Positions 25,169 to 38,098 of a DNA stretch of 64,000 nucleotides are shown one piece after another (within the stretch, counting starts at the first letter, position 1; the number at the start of each line of letters is the position of its first letter). The stretch spans positions 103,664,001 to 103,728,000 of the forward strand of contig OZ287749.1 in assembly GCA_965649765.1 (NCBI GenBank), in the 5' to 3' direction. Position numbers and translations under genes: made by a program. Under the pieces are notes generated by a model, which saw only the letters and a program-made list of their open reading frames with translations, was not told the origin of the DNA and ran no database searches. This DNA is from Bispira polyomma. Its lineage: Eukaryota.

Positions 25169-26290
25169 GAAAATTTTTTTATTTCATTTTCATCTATCCA
25201 AGTATCAAATTTAGATCCCCAACCTTTCCAACGAACAAGTAGTCTTATTTTACCTTTAATTTTTTTTCTGAACTATCTTTTCTATATCATACTGAGTGTC
25301 TTGACTTACATTAACCTTTTGAAGTTCAGAGGTAGAAAACTTAGCAATTATAGGCTCATTATTGAAATCTTTTACTTCATATTTCTGAATACCTTGATTT
25401 AAGTCCCTTGTGGTTATAATGAATAATTCATCAGTCCATTTTTGATCTGATTCTTTGTTATAGACAATTTGTAGTTTTGTCAAGCGAACAATATCACCTA
25501 ATTTGAACTTGTATAAAGGGGTATTTCTTTGTGATTTAGGTAAAGCGGTTTTTTTCTTGAATTTGACTATTTTAGGTAGTTTTTTTTCATACTGGATTTT
25601 CCATAAAATAGGGTTTCCAACTTCAAGAGCTTCTTTAGGGGACATTTTAATTGTACTATGATATGATTTATTATAACTATCAGTTAAGTTTTGTAAAACA
25701 TCAATCCATTTCCTAGTTTGTTATATTCCATATATCTAGCTATTTTCATTTTTAAGGTGCGAATAACTCGTATAATTAGCTTTGGAGTGTTCCGAAGTTC
25801 CAATGTGTTTCACATTATTTTCTCTGATGAATTTATCAGCTAATGCTAAGTACTCTGTCCCACGGTCACTTCTCAGGACTAATGGTTTGTTTTCTTTAAA
25901 AACAAGTTTCAACGCGTTCACCGTTTCTTTTGAAGTCAATGTTTTAAGTGGTACCGTGTACAAATAATGAGATAAAATATCTATAAACACGGCTATGTAT
26001 TTGTAACCTTCGTTTTGTGAAGCAAACTTTTCATAATGGGCTGTATCTGTGTCTTGCATATATCCCTTAATGGGTACTATAACTTTAGGTCTCTTGAATT
26101 TTCTGATAACTTTCCTATATAGAGTGTAGCTATTTTGTTTATTTAACCAATTTTGAATAAATCCTTTAGAAATATCGGACCTTTCCTTTTTAACTAAATT
26201 ATAAAACTTTTGTAATCCTGCAAAAGAACTTGGGTTTTCTGGATTAAAATACATTTTTTGCAGATAATCTTCTTTCTCAGAATCAGCCAT
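25165..26290 (-). pseudogene. Retroviral-like (rve) integrase with C-terminal chromodomain
   Basis: YFNPENPSSFAG, QDTD, FIDILS, SDRGTEY; FKLGDIVR..KWTDELF; YDIEKIV..LLVRWKGWGSKFDTW; frameshift at the third catalytic (Glu) motif. Confidence 0.9.
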
Positions 26291-26654
26291 ATTGCTTTAG
26301 TAATTAGTCCAGCTATTCTTCCAATTGTTTTTGTTTAAGGGTTTTGTTTCAGTTAAAAGTCTGTTTGTGTTTGGTTCTGCAGGCGGAGGTGGTGTTAGTG
26401 GTTAAATTGATGATTTATTTAAATCTTTTGTTTCAGAATGTTGAGAAATTTCACTGTGTATGTTTTCATTCTGTTTGTCTTCAATTTCAGTTTTCAAGTC
26501 TTTGTTTGAACTACCCCCATTTTTTGTTAATAACGAGTATATTTATCATAAGGTATAAGAACCATTTTTCTCATTTTATTAACGTTAATAGCTGCTTTTT
26601 AAACTCAGCCAAAAGTTTCAAAATATGAATATGAATTTCTGTTTTTTAATGTTT

Positions 26655-26876
26655 TTAATATTTCTGCTGGCTATTTTTTTTCAATAACGCCTTCTTCTTG
26701 TTAACAATGTTTCTATATTTAGTTGACAATGGAATATTCAACAAATTATGACTTATTTCACTTATAAGAGTAACTTGTTCAGGAGAAATTGTATCTAACA
26801 AAGCTTTTGCTTGGTTAATAGGTGAAGTTAACACTAAAATAATATATTCTTTATGTTTTCTAACATAAGAAATCAT
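26655..26876 (-). CDS. Conserved small Polinton protein, unknown function
   Basis: QAKALL..QV..ISEI..NLLNIPL pattern and position downstream of the ATPase, as recalled for Polintons. Confidence 0.55.
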   Translation of the reverse strand: MISYVRKHKEYIILVLTSPINQAKALLDTISPEQVTLISEISHNLLNIPLSTKYRNIVNKKKALLKKNSQQKY

Positions 26877-26926
26877 TGTCGCTCATAATCCCCTAAGTCA
26901 ACACTGAATGAGACTTCAAAACACTG

Positions 26927-27568
26927 TCATTGATATACTATTGTAGGTAATTCGGTTGGAAAAATATTGTTTCTTAATCTGTAAGCTTCGTTACTTATAG
27001 GGGATAAATCAAGAATCAAATAACCATAGGGTTTTGCGAGAGCGTCAATATAAGCTTGTTTCAACAAGCTTTTCATACCGATTTGTTGTGATAAAATATT
27101 TACTTGTTGAAGATTTCTGGGGTTCTTTAACAAAACGGTATAAGCTGTATTCAAAGTAAGAGTTCTGGAACATTTACCTTGATAAAACAAATTTTGATTT
27201 ATGTAAATAACTGTAATATTGTTGTGGTGACTTATTTGGGTGAATAACTTTTCAGCTTCTTTGCTGTTGGCTACTTCATGTTGAAGGTCATCTAAGCATA
27301 TTATATTATGATTTGAGTCAAATACAGTTCTTATTTTTTCCAAATTTGGTAAACCTTCCACAAATTCTATGTTTAAATTTTTTTCCATGTCATCAAATAT
27401 AGGTTGCCAAACAGAATAACAATAAAGAATTTTTGTAGGTGGATTTTCAAACATAATATCTTTTGCTTTTAACAATTTATACAACCAAGTAGTTTTACCA
27501 CTACCAGTCATTCCTGATATCATCCATGTTGAAGGACACTCAAATTTAACAATCTTCCATGTTAACAC
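26927..27568 (-). CDS. A32/FtsK-like DNA packaging ATPase
   Basis: Walker A GMTGSGKT, Walker B IICLDD, LFTQISHH..QNLF, PYGYLILDL. Confidence 0.93.
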   Translation of the reverse strand: MLTWKIVKFECPSTWMISGMTGSGKTTWLYKLLKAKDIMFENPPTKILYCYSVWQPIFDDMEKNLNIEFVEGLPNLEKIRTVFDSNHNIICLDDLQHEVANSKEAEKLFTQISHHNNITVIYINQNLFYQGKCSRTLTLNTAYTVLLKNPRNLQQVNILSQQIGMKSLLKQAYIDALAKPYGYLILDLSPISNEAYRLRNNIFPTELPTIVYQ

Positions 27569-27737
27569 ATGTACACCAAATAATTAATGAAGAGAATTAC
27601 TTTTATTAGAAAATAATATATAACTATAACCACACAAAACCAAAACTACAATATTTCATTTAATCAAATATTTATACAAACTAAAATCACACAAATCATA
27701 CCAAGGAAAAGTCTGAGTGTATTTTAAAGTTTATAAA

Positions 27738-28271
27738 CTATTCACTGTTCTTTGGTGTTTCTTTATCCGAGTCTTCTGATTCTTTTTCCTTGACTTCTGA
27801 ATCTTGTTCTTCTTATCCATCAGGCTGAGAACATTGAGGACATGAGAAAAAATCTTCTTGGTTTTAATGTGTATAGAAAATCTGGGGGTGTTCTTTTTCG
27901 ATTTGATTAAAAATATCCAATAACCTAAACCACTGAACGTATTTCAAAGATATACCATCCAATGTTGCTAGTTGTTGACCTCCAAATTTGAAGAATCTAC
28001 GAATTTGTATGCATTAAAATGGAGACTGTAAATAAGCAAAAACATCGTTTCCAAGACAAACATAAAAATTTGTTGGTTCTTTTTTATGACATAACCTGAT
28101 GAGTTTGCTTGATAATTGTTCTTTACTTTTTATCAATTTAAAATATTTAGAGTTATTTATACACAATTCCTTGTTGTTTTTGTGTTTCAACACTATTTTA
28201 AAATCACAAATTGCTGATCCTCTAATTTCTACTGTCTTCTCTTCATCACTGTCGATTGTGTAGTCAGCCAT
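27738..28271 (-). pseudogene. PC4-like ssDNA-binding protein
   Basis: Past the stop at 28014 the frame continues CIQIRRFFKFGGQQLATLDGISLKYVQWFRL, matching the PC4 IR..GISL...QW..L pattern. Confidence 0.6.
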
Positions 28272-28279
28272 AGTTATTT

Positions 28280-28729
28280 TCAGTAAAAATCTAGGAGGAT
28301 CACTTGGAAATAAATACTGAATAAAAGCACAATTTCCTTTTGTGTTTCTTTTATGTTCGAAAAAGACGTCTTCAAAAGAATCCCATTGATGTAAAATCAC
28401 CTTACACCATGCACATTTACAGCTATCTCCTATTCCTGTGTAAAGAAATCCAGCTTTAGCTAATTGTTCAGGACGAACTGGATGACATTTAGGCCATGTC
28501 TTAAAAGTTTCAATTCTCTTGTTGTATTTATAAAAATATTCTTTCCCAAAGAAAAATTCTGGGCATGTATCCCTTTGACCTTCTAAAACTATAGAAGATC
28601 CTCTGCTTTCTTTCTCCCAACAAGATTTAGAAGAAGAAGAAGCTGGTGTACAGAGTGAAAATCCAACTGTAACAGCTTTATTACAAATAACCCATCACTG
28701 GCTTAGTCTGAAACGTCTGTTCTTTCCAT
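28280..28729 (-). pseudogene. BIR (inhibitor-of-apoptosis) domain protein
   Basis: RIETFKTWP..RPEQLAKAGFLYTGIGDSCKCAWCKVILHQWDSFEDVFFEHKRNTKGNCAF, canonical BIR CX2CX16HX7C; 5' end disrupted. Confidence 0.88.
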
Positions 28730-29033
28730 GATTCTGTAAATTTATCAATGAATTTTGTTTTTCTTTAGAAATAAACAAAAAAATAAATCGTAAGTTCTAC
28801 AATATTTTTGGTTAGTTTTTAACCAATCAAATTATAGCAATTGTAATTATATAATAAAATTTATTATTATTCAAAGATGTGAATTTTGATGCACGATTCA
28901 TTAAACCTAAATAAAGTAAAATACATATGAATAGACTAAAATCTTTGGGTGCTTGTTTGTACTCATTCAACTTCTAAAACAAGCTTACACCTTTGCAGAC
29001 AAGGTCACTTAGGTCTGGTCAGAAGCGTGCCGG

Positions 29034-29197
29034 CACACGATTCTACTCACGGGGGTGGTTTATAAGATCTTCAGGGGGGCTCATCACGATTCTACTCATT
29101 GGGGTGGTCTATAAGATCCTCCGGGGGACTTATCATGATCATGGGGGTGGCACGACTTCTCCGGGGGGTTCCTCAAATCCTTCAATACGCTACTACT
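29034..29197 (-). repeat. Polinton right TIR
   Basis: Reverse complement of 11744-11908; ends CTACTACT. Confidence 0.93.
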
Positions 29198-31329
29198 TCC
29201 CTCCAGATTCCTTTTTCTCTGAATAGATGTATATGAGCATTTAACATCAAATAATTTTACCAAGGGAAGAATGGCCTGGCGGCCATATCATGATGATACC
29301 AGTACAAAGCAAGCTACTGACAAGTCAGAAAATAGTAAACCAGACAAAGAGGGATTTTTTTGTACAGCTACCTATCAGCACAAATATTCGTCGTCAGTGG
29401 TTGAAAGATATGGGCTAAACGTCTGATACAAAAACGGCTCCAAAATAGTGAACCATCAATAAAATCGAACAATCGAAGGGGTGTCAAAATAGGTACAGTG
29501 TCTAGTATCTTCTATTTTTGCTCACGCCTTATAAAAATGCTACGTAAAAATTTTCGCAGCTAGTGAGAAAATGACTGCCAAATAGAATTCAAAGTACCTT
29601 TTCAAATGCGATTCTATTTAATCCTAACAACAATGAAAGTCATGTCTTCACATATTTTAATATATTATTATATGGCGAATATCGTAGAAAAAGCAATTGT
29701 TTGAAGTCCATTTTGTATGGTTTTTCACGGTATTGTCACTGCAAACTCAGACAAGCGATGTAGTTGTTTCCGGAATATCACACAAGGTTCTAGCAACGTC
29801 TTGTGTATTGATTAACAAAGAGTGAGATACCTTTCACCGACATCATTTGTCTGGAAATCCCCAGATTGTTGTCTTGTCAATATTACATTAAAATAAGTCA
29901 AGATATGTTAGAAACTGTGATTAAAATTCACTTCGATTTTGTGAAATATTTTACAATGGACTTTAAACAATTGCTTATATCTATGAAGTAGAAGGTTTAG
30001 AGCGATTTCCTGAAATAACGTATGTTATTTCTAATTTTATTCAATTTTTATATGTTTTTTGTGGTATTTTCACTGCAAACCCAGACAAGTGATGTTGCTG
30101 TTTCCGGAAATATTAAAGAAGAGATCTCGATTGTCGGAAAGTTCTAGCAACGTATTGTGCATTGATTAACTAAGAGTAAACCTAGTCTTTTGCGTCTTCG
30201 AGAGAATAAATTAGGAAGAGGTAGCGATCGTTTCACTGCGCATACTCGGAGGATCACATGACCTTACTACGTACTTTGTACTACATACTCCACCTTTATT
30301 CACAAAAATAACGAATACTATCTATAGGAAAGCATGATAGGAAAGCATGATTATGCCAATAAGCATTGGCATAATTATGCAAAAAGGGGAATGAATATAT
30401 ATCAAATATCCCATGTCAATAAGCATGTTGAATGGATTCATTTAAATATATATCCTTCAAATCTGTGTTGTAAGTGCAAATCTTACAATAATTAATTTTT
30501 CATGCAGTGTAACAATGTGAGTGCCTAATAGAATATGTTTCATAATAAACAATGAAAGTAATACAAAGGCAATTGATAAAATCTACTAATTTGCAGTCTA
30601 TTACTATTACATTTTAAATTTTGAAATCTATTACTATTACTTTCAAATTTCAGCAATCTTATTACATTTTTATTACTTCTATATGGCTGAGATACATAAT
30701 ACCCAGAGGACACACAGCTGAGATATTTAGAATACAATAGATGACATAAATATAGCAAATGATAATTAATTTCACAATACTATTTGTTACATTTTGTATA
30801 CAGACCACTAGAATACATACTATATTCTATAGTATGGTTCTAAAAGGGATCTCACAGAATGTAAATCTTGGTCTAAATCAATCCTTCAAAGTCTCTTTTG
30901 AATAAAAATGGCAATTTATTTATATTTACTTACAATTAAACCTAAAAACTTAAAACCAGTACTAATACACAAATTCCACTATTTTCTAATACAATGTGAT
31001 AAAAATGGGGTTTACAGAGTTTTACAATCAGTATATAGTTTGGTAGAAAGACTGCATACATAACATGTATGATTAAAATTAACTTTTTACACATAAATTT
31101 ATAGAGCATGGATCATTTAGATTTTCATAAGGAACTTGATTATATCTTTTATTACTATATTGACATGAGTAATTATTAATTATTATTGTTGTTCTTAGTA
31201 TTGTTTTTCTCCAAATATACAAATGTCAATGTCATATATTGTTGCAATTGAAAAAAGCCCCTTTTAAGAATATTGCATTTAAATAGCAACATAAAAATAA
31301 TATGAATTGTGTGTTGGTATTACCTATAT

Positions 31330-31640
31330 AAGAGAGGACATGGTGTGTGAGAATTAATGTGGCTAACTGAGGACATAGAATGTGTGTGGTATTTTACAGT
31401 ACGACTGAGGACATGGTGTGTATAGTGAATCTTGGCAGTTTCAAATTAATTCATAAAACTACACACAGCTGTGTGGGGAGTTTTACTAGAGAACTGAGGA
31501 CATATCTCAGATTGCAATAAAATTTGAAGACAAGGTTACCGAGTGCATGTTTATTGGATTTTTAACAAGATTCCAACTGAGGACGTCCTCAGTTGGAGGT
31601 ATGTCTTCAGTTAGAAGGTGTGCAACCATGTCCTTAGTTT
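31330..31640. repeat. Foldback cluster of ACTGAGGACAT motifs with a 26-bp perfect palindrome
   Basis: TCCAACTGAGGACGTCCTCAGTTGGA at 31572-31597; direct copies to the left, inverted copies to the right. Confidence 0.7.
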
Positions 31641-34543
31641 GAATGCGTAAACAAGCACACACACACGCAAACTTACACACACAGTCTTTCAAATACACAC
31701 TACCCTTTAACTGTATCCAATATAATTTTCTTTGTTCTCTAAGACTCTTCTCAGATCTGACTGGCAAACTGTTTGTAAGGAATTTTTGTGAAATTTTGTT
31801 TCACATCTATCAGCAGTATACCTTTACTTCCTTGATTATCCCTCCTGTAACCTATTTCACCACTACTAAAAAGAAGCCCATAGCCTTTGATCTTTATTTA
31901 ATCATGTTTTATTGCACACTAGACTTGTGTTGTAATTAATTGATGGCTATTCTATAGCTGTTTAGTTCAGATATCAAGTTCAGCTAGAACACCTTATCTG
32001 TGAAAGTGACATATGGCCTTATATTCCTTTTATTTCTTCAGGCAGAAGGTCCATAAAAAGTGGGATTTTTATCCAACTGACCTCCAGTTTTGCGCTGTTC
32101 ATGTAAAGTACTTCAGAAGTGATAATTTCAATTGGCAAAGATTTTCACTGATTTACAAGTTATCTGTCATTAATAATATTAACTATTGGCTATTTGCTTA
32201 CTTAAAATATAAATACAAATTTACAGTATTATTGGAGATAAACTTTTCCACTAGTCATCAGTTAAAATAGCTGAAATTGTTTTTCAGTGAACATATTCAG
32301 TAGTATGGAGTATGATGACTTATCAATAGGCACTTTATTTGTATGTGAATGAAAGTAACAAATAACAAACAACTGTAGATATTAAGGAAATGAAAATTAC
32401 AAAGGAAAACAAATATATATATACATATATTTTAAACAATAGATGGCCTACTATCTCAACTTAACAATCTTCCAAGAATATTATCAGAAGCTTGATCTTT
32501 GGAAGGGAAATTAGAACCAAGCAAATTTTCAAAGAGTTATACAACCATAGATGGAGGAAGGGAATGGCAAAAATTAAATAGTAGTAGTTGCTGCAAAACC
32601 CTGTGTCATGCAATGCACATTATACAAAGAGACAAAAAATCCTTGGCACCACCAGTTGACAATGGATTCAATTGTTAAAATTATTTATTTGTTAATTGTT
32701 TCTTTTCACCAAACTTCTAAACCATTTTTGTAGGACTGACTTTTTTAAAATTGACAAAATATTTATATGGACACATAATGTATACAGGTATGTATCAATG
32801 GCAAGTAATCCATCACAATAGATTGTACTGTTTTGTGGGATGTCGCCATTTTGACATTTATTCAACTGTGACCAACTTTTAAAATGACTAACCCCAATAA
32901 ACTTGTTAGGCGATATTGGATTTAATTATCTGCACAAAATATTTGCTATTGAGACCGATCAGCCAGTCATCCTCTACACAGACAGTTAAGGCATTTGGGG
33001 GCAGATTTGGTAAAAACATTGCAATTAACATTAGTAAAAAACAACACTGCAATTCGTTTTATTGTCTTGGGGTATAATGATCACAGGAAGAAGAATATCT
33101 GAACAAACTGCCACAAAAAGAGAGTTGGCGGGGTATATGGTGAGAAATTAGGCAATAAGGGCCATTTTCCCAAATATGAACTGCAAATTATGGCACACAC
33201 CAGATATATAAAATCATTATAACAGATAGGACACTTCCTCTTGAGTGACAAAGTTCAAGGGAATCCTATCATAACTGGGTATCAAATCCCATAGAGCAAC
33301 ATCTTTCTGATGCTTATTAAAGCATATTTTATCATCATCAAATATATATATGATATGACCGGCATCTACTACACAAAATGTTGAATGCTTTTTCCAAATA
33401 GAGCCTTGGCTTTATACTTAGCATCTAATGCTTACAATCTTGTTGGACTTTTTGTTTAGATAAAAAGCTTAGTTTCCTACATTGTTTTACTCAAGCCAAG
33501 CGAGGGGAGTTAACACATAGATATCTAAGTATTCTTCTCCTACCAATATATGCTCTAAACATCTGCGTATTATATCAGTTTGAGAAGCATGTGTTATGAA
33601 TGGTATTAAAGACAAAAGTAATAACAAAAATAGTTATTTTAACCTCTAAATGTACATGACATGTAATGCAGCTTTCTTACTATGATTTCAAAAACATCAT
33701 CAAACAAATATATCTGAAATTTTCTACTTATGGTACTTCACAGTTCTGCTTCTCTGGTCTGATGGGTAACTAACTCTTTTTGTAATGTTTAGTATTTACA
33801 AGACACTACTGACTCACGCTTATAAACTAATGGGTTTCACATCCTACCCCCATATTTATGTGGGAAACATGGCAGTAAACTTCTTGAAGGCCAGTGCTTT
33901 GTGGGAATGAAAACTTGGCAAACTGCCCTCTTCTGCTGTCCCCCAGCAATAAACGGACCATTCAGAAGTTATACCTTATATACTAAAAATACGTACAAGA
34001 CTCTTTTTGGAACATGAAATGCGACATTGTGTATTGTACTAAAAACTTTTTTCATTTTAAGTAATTTTATCCAGAAATGTTTTAGCTGTATTTACTAGAT
34101 ATGGTGGATAATATAGCATTGTATTCCTAACAGGGGACGGCTGTGGTGACTTAGAAGCTAATGTGGGTTTGAATCCCATTCGTTCCTCCATGAGAACATC
34201 TGTCAGGTACTTGCTGCAGGTTGGTAGTTTACAGTGGCTTCAGCACTGGTTTCTGTTGCCATGAAACAGTGATATGACCCAACCAGTAGAAAGCAATATC
34301 AAACCCCCAAAAATCAAATCACTAACATTTAGGCATGTCAGGTCCTACAACATAACCGTTTATGATAAGCGGTCAATAAACTTTAAATGACTGATATATA
34401 GATTTATATCTAGATAACAGTGAAGAAATGTAGTAAAAATTTTGTAAAAGTGAAATGTGAAACTAAGATTGTGTATAAATTAAACTACTAGAAATAAGAG
34501 TATAAAAGAAACATGCAAGGAAGAACTAAAGTGAAGGACAAAA

Positions 34544-34830
34544 CTAGATATAAAATATAATACTGATTGAAGTCTTTAAAAGTTTTTTAAAATCCGTTAC
34601 ACTTTCAGCTCTTTTAATATGCATTGGAAGCCTACTCCAAAGAAGAGGAATTGCCACAGTAAATGAACGGTCTCCATATATATTGTATAATCTGTACCCA
34701 GCCAGCTTGTGTTGTTCTTGAGATCTTAGATGGCATGTTGGGTTGTAATGTTTATTAAGTTCTGACATATACGAAGGTGCTGTATTGTGTAGACAGTTAT
34801 AAATATGAACAAGAATTTTTAAGTCAAGAA
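34544..34830 (-). mobile_element. CR1/L2-like LINE 3' fragment (paralog 47860-48090)
   Basis: YNPTCHLRS..YGDRSFTVAIPLLWSRLP..FKKLLKT, typical ORF2 C-terminus. Confidence 0.78.
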
Positions 34831-35339
34831 AAATTTTACTGGTTTATTATGTTCATTACTTAATATGTCTTTTTGTTACAAGTATCTTTCGCTACAATTC
34901 AAACTCTATTAGATACACATCTCTAAAACAATTCTACCTCAACCCACATCTGCTTTACTGTTTAGTACTAATTCACAAACACCCCCACTATATTTATTAA
35001 ACACCCATTTCAATTAATTTGCCCCTAGAACACTGATTCAAGTAATGGGACTTTCACATTTTACTCACTCAGCTTTAATGCAGTCAGGGACAAACTGCGG
35101 GCATGTTTATGTGTCACATATTGTCTTTGCTGGAGGAGGAAGTGGTGTGGTGGATAACTGTAAATGCACAAAAATATCTTCTTTTTCAAATTGCTGGCAG
35201 GGGACAAAGACCAGAGAATTTATCTCTAATATTACAGGGGTGTAGCTACCATTAATGCCAGTACGCCCAGGCATACCAATTTAATGACAATAAAGAAAAA
35301 AAAAAAGAAAAAAAAAAGAAAATTTGAAAAAAAAAGTGA

Positions 35340-35993
35340 GGCCTTTAAACTCACCACTGGACACATAACATGATTATTTAATTCAGGGAGTTTAACCATG
35401 TGGACTTGATCAGGAGATTGTAAATTCTTTGCCAATTTCACGAATATGGACTCCAGGAAACTGAAAACTCACATCAGAACGACATAAATGTTTCTGGGGA
35501 TCAAAGTGATTAGAAGAAATCGGAGCAATATTGGAGATTCGCAAAAATCCATAAAAGGCTACCAAAAAGGCAGATCTATAAGTCCACGTGCTTTCATACA
35601 TCCCGCAAGAGCGAGAAATGTCTCTAATCTGGTTCACTGAAAAAATTCCCTTAGGACGAGATTTCACCACTCCTTCATACAGTAGTGCCTTAACAAACCT
35701 CCTGACAACCAAATTGTCCCAAGACTGTGTTGGCCAATTAAAACAACCAAACTGAAACTTCACAGCAGAGATGTAATTATTAATCACACAATATGATAAA
35801 CTTTGTGAGGCTAAAAACTCAAGAAAAGGTAAAACAGAGGGGACTGACCCCCATGACTGTACATCATGATATAACATAAAGGCCACAAAGACCTTGAACT
35901 GTTTATCGTATTGTCTATGTGTAGATGATATAATAGCATTCTGGGAGCGGTCAAGAGCAGAAACAACCGCCCCTCTTAGACTAGGAACTATAC
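35340..35993 (-). pseudogene. Tyrosine recombinase of element 2 (C-terminus lost)
   Basis: STHRQY..FVAF, AFYGFLRISN, LCRSDV, MCPV. Confidence 0.85.
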
Positions 35994-36018
35994 CTAAAAC
36001 ACAAGAAAAACAACACAC

Positions 36019-38098
36019 TTATAACTCAAAAAGCTGCATTAACTCGTCATTAATTTCAAACTGCACATGATTGCTGAAGTCTCATGAGACTTCCCAACAA
36101 TGAGAACGGGACAGCTTATCAGCAATCACGTTGTCTACGCCTGCAATGTGTTTTACTACTAATTTAATATTATACACTGCAGCAATGTGCCATATGTTTC
36201 TCAGACAAAGACTTAAGAAAGGGTCTCGGGTTTTCCATGAATTTAACACGCTGACTGCAGCTAGATTATCACACCTCACACACATGTAACGGTCCTGCCA
36301 AAATTGACCCCAGGCCCTAAGGGCAACAAGAACATTAAACATTTCATATTGAGTAATGGCCTGGGTACCCAAAATTACTGGAGGAAGAGCCACAGAATTC
36401 ACAAAATCTCGCCAACAAGCTCCCAACCGCGATAGTGTAGCATTTACAAACACCTGCTCTCATTCATGTTCTCGTTGAAAGAAAACTGAGCCATTAAATT
36501 GTTTAAGGAATTTAATAAACCACAAAAGGTCAAGATGTGAATCCTTCATCTACCGGAAAAGAATGCTTGCCAGCATTAGATCTCAAGGTACCCAATAGCC
36601 TATTTAGGAAAACTTGTGCACCAGGGACGCATCGGGAAATATAGAGGAGTTTACCCAAAAGTGATTGCAACTGCCTCTTAGTGACCTGGACTCTCAGAAA
36701 ATTCTCATAACATTCCTGTAATATCTGGTGTAACTTCCCAGAAGGGATAGAAAATGTTGAAGAAGCCACGTCTACATTAATACCCATAATAGTAATATGC
36801 TCACTAGGAGGAGTGACCTTTTTAGGGTTAATGGGGAGACCCAGATCTCGTATTACCTGAAGCAAAGTGTCAAAAGCTAACTGGGCAGTATTTTTATGAC
36901 AGCAAGCATAAATGTCATCAATATAATTAAAAACTTTAAAGCCCTTGCGAGCCATGACATACCTAACAGAATCTGAAATTCTCTGAAAAATGGCTGTCCC
37001 ATGGACGGCCCCAAAGGCTAAACTTTGGTCCCAATAAAACTTGTCCTTCCAAAATATTCCCAGATGGACAGAATCTGCAGGGTCAATACGGACATTTCGA
37101 AAAGCCCTAGAAATATCAGCCTTAAAAAGGCGAGCATCATCACCCAATTTCTGCAAATCCGGAATAAGATCATCCAGAGAGGGAAGTGTAAGCTTGAAAG
37201 GTTGGCCATCATAAAGGTCAGTATTGGTGGCTTTATTAACAGAGGTATCCCCATAAGATAAGTCTAATATAACTCTAAGCTCCACCACGTCTTTTTCTGC
37301 CATCATAAGGGGAGAGAAAGTAAAGTCGGGATGAGGTTTAGTGTCAAAGGGGCCAATATTGGCCTTATGAAACAATTCAGTATCAAGATATTTATCGATG
37401 ACCTGAGGAAAGGCACAAGCAGAATGATGGTTATCAGCCTTAGTGGAAATAATATCACAATGTGGGTTCAAACCCAAAGGGAAGCCAAACTGGATCAAAT
37501 CCAGCAATTTGCCATCATGGTAGTCGGACATGTATTGCCTCCCATAGGGAATATTAAAATCGGAGGCGAAAGGGAAATGACAGTCCAAGTAGTTTGGAAC
37601 CCCAGAGTCCCTAATACACAAAGACATATAAGCATACTGTTCAACATCTGCTAAATCTAAACATGGGCCAACTTTATTAATCGGGACAGTGTTACCTGCC
37701 ACAAAGCCATAGGATCTATCAAAATGTGCTTGAACAACACCCTTAACTAATGGAAAGGAAGTGTCTTCATCTTTACACTTATCTACGACTTCACTAGAAT
37801 AATTACTACCAATACAGGCTGATGGAAAGACATAATTACTCATATTAAAGTCACTATTCATTATGTTAGACTCGCCCCTCAAAGATAACAAGGGCACACC
37901 AATAAAATTACAAACATTCATGTCTCTTAAATTATTATAAGGACCACGAGCGTGGCATCTCCAAATTACTGCAAGTGAACTGCCATAACGTGAAGAAGAA
38001 GTAAAGTCTCGTGCTGGACGAGAAGACAAAGATAAACTATCACCCGAGATTATGTCTGTGTGAGAATGCGGCAAGAACGAGCAGCAGCCAGCAGGTCC
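36019..38098 (-). pseudogene. pol: Pol (RT + RNase H) of element 2
   Basis: RVILDLS, KADISRAFR, FGAVHGTAIFQ, NYIDD; RNase H ITQYEMFN..CDNLAAV..N..ADKLSR; frameshifts. Confidence 0.92.

Larger units (their letters stand above)
11744..29197. mobile_element. Polinton/Maverick (adintovirus-like) element, decayed
   Basis: AGTAGTAG..CTACTACT termini with ~165 bp TIRs; pPolB, adenain protease, MCP, mCP, rve integrase and A32-like ATPase genes. Confidence 0.95.

Noticed and set aside
32013-32270. Plus-strand ORF KWDFYPTDL recurring at 44773 and 62140
   Set aside because: Recurs only because of the duplication; B-type copies have a stop and non-conservative changes on this strand
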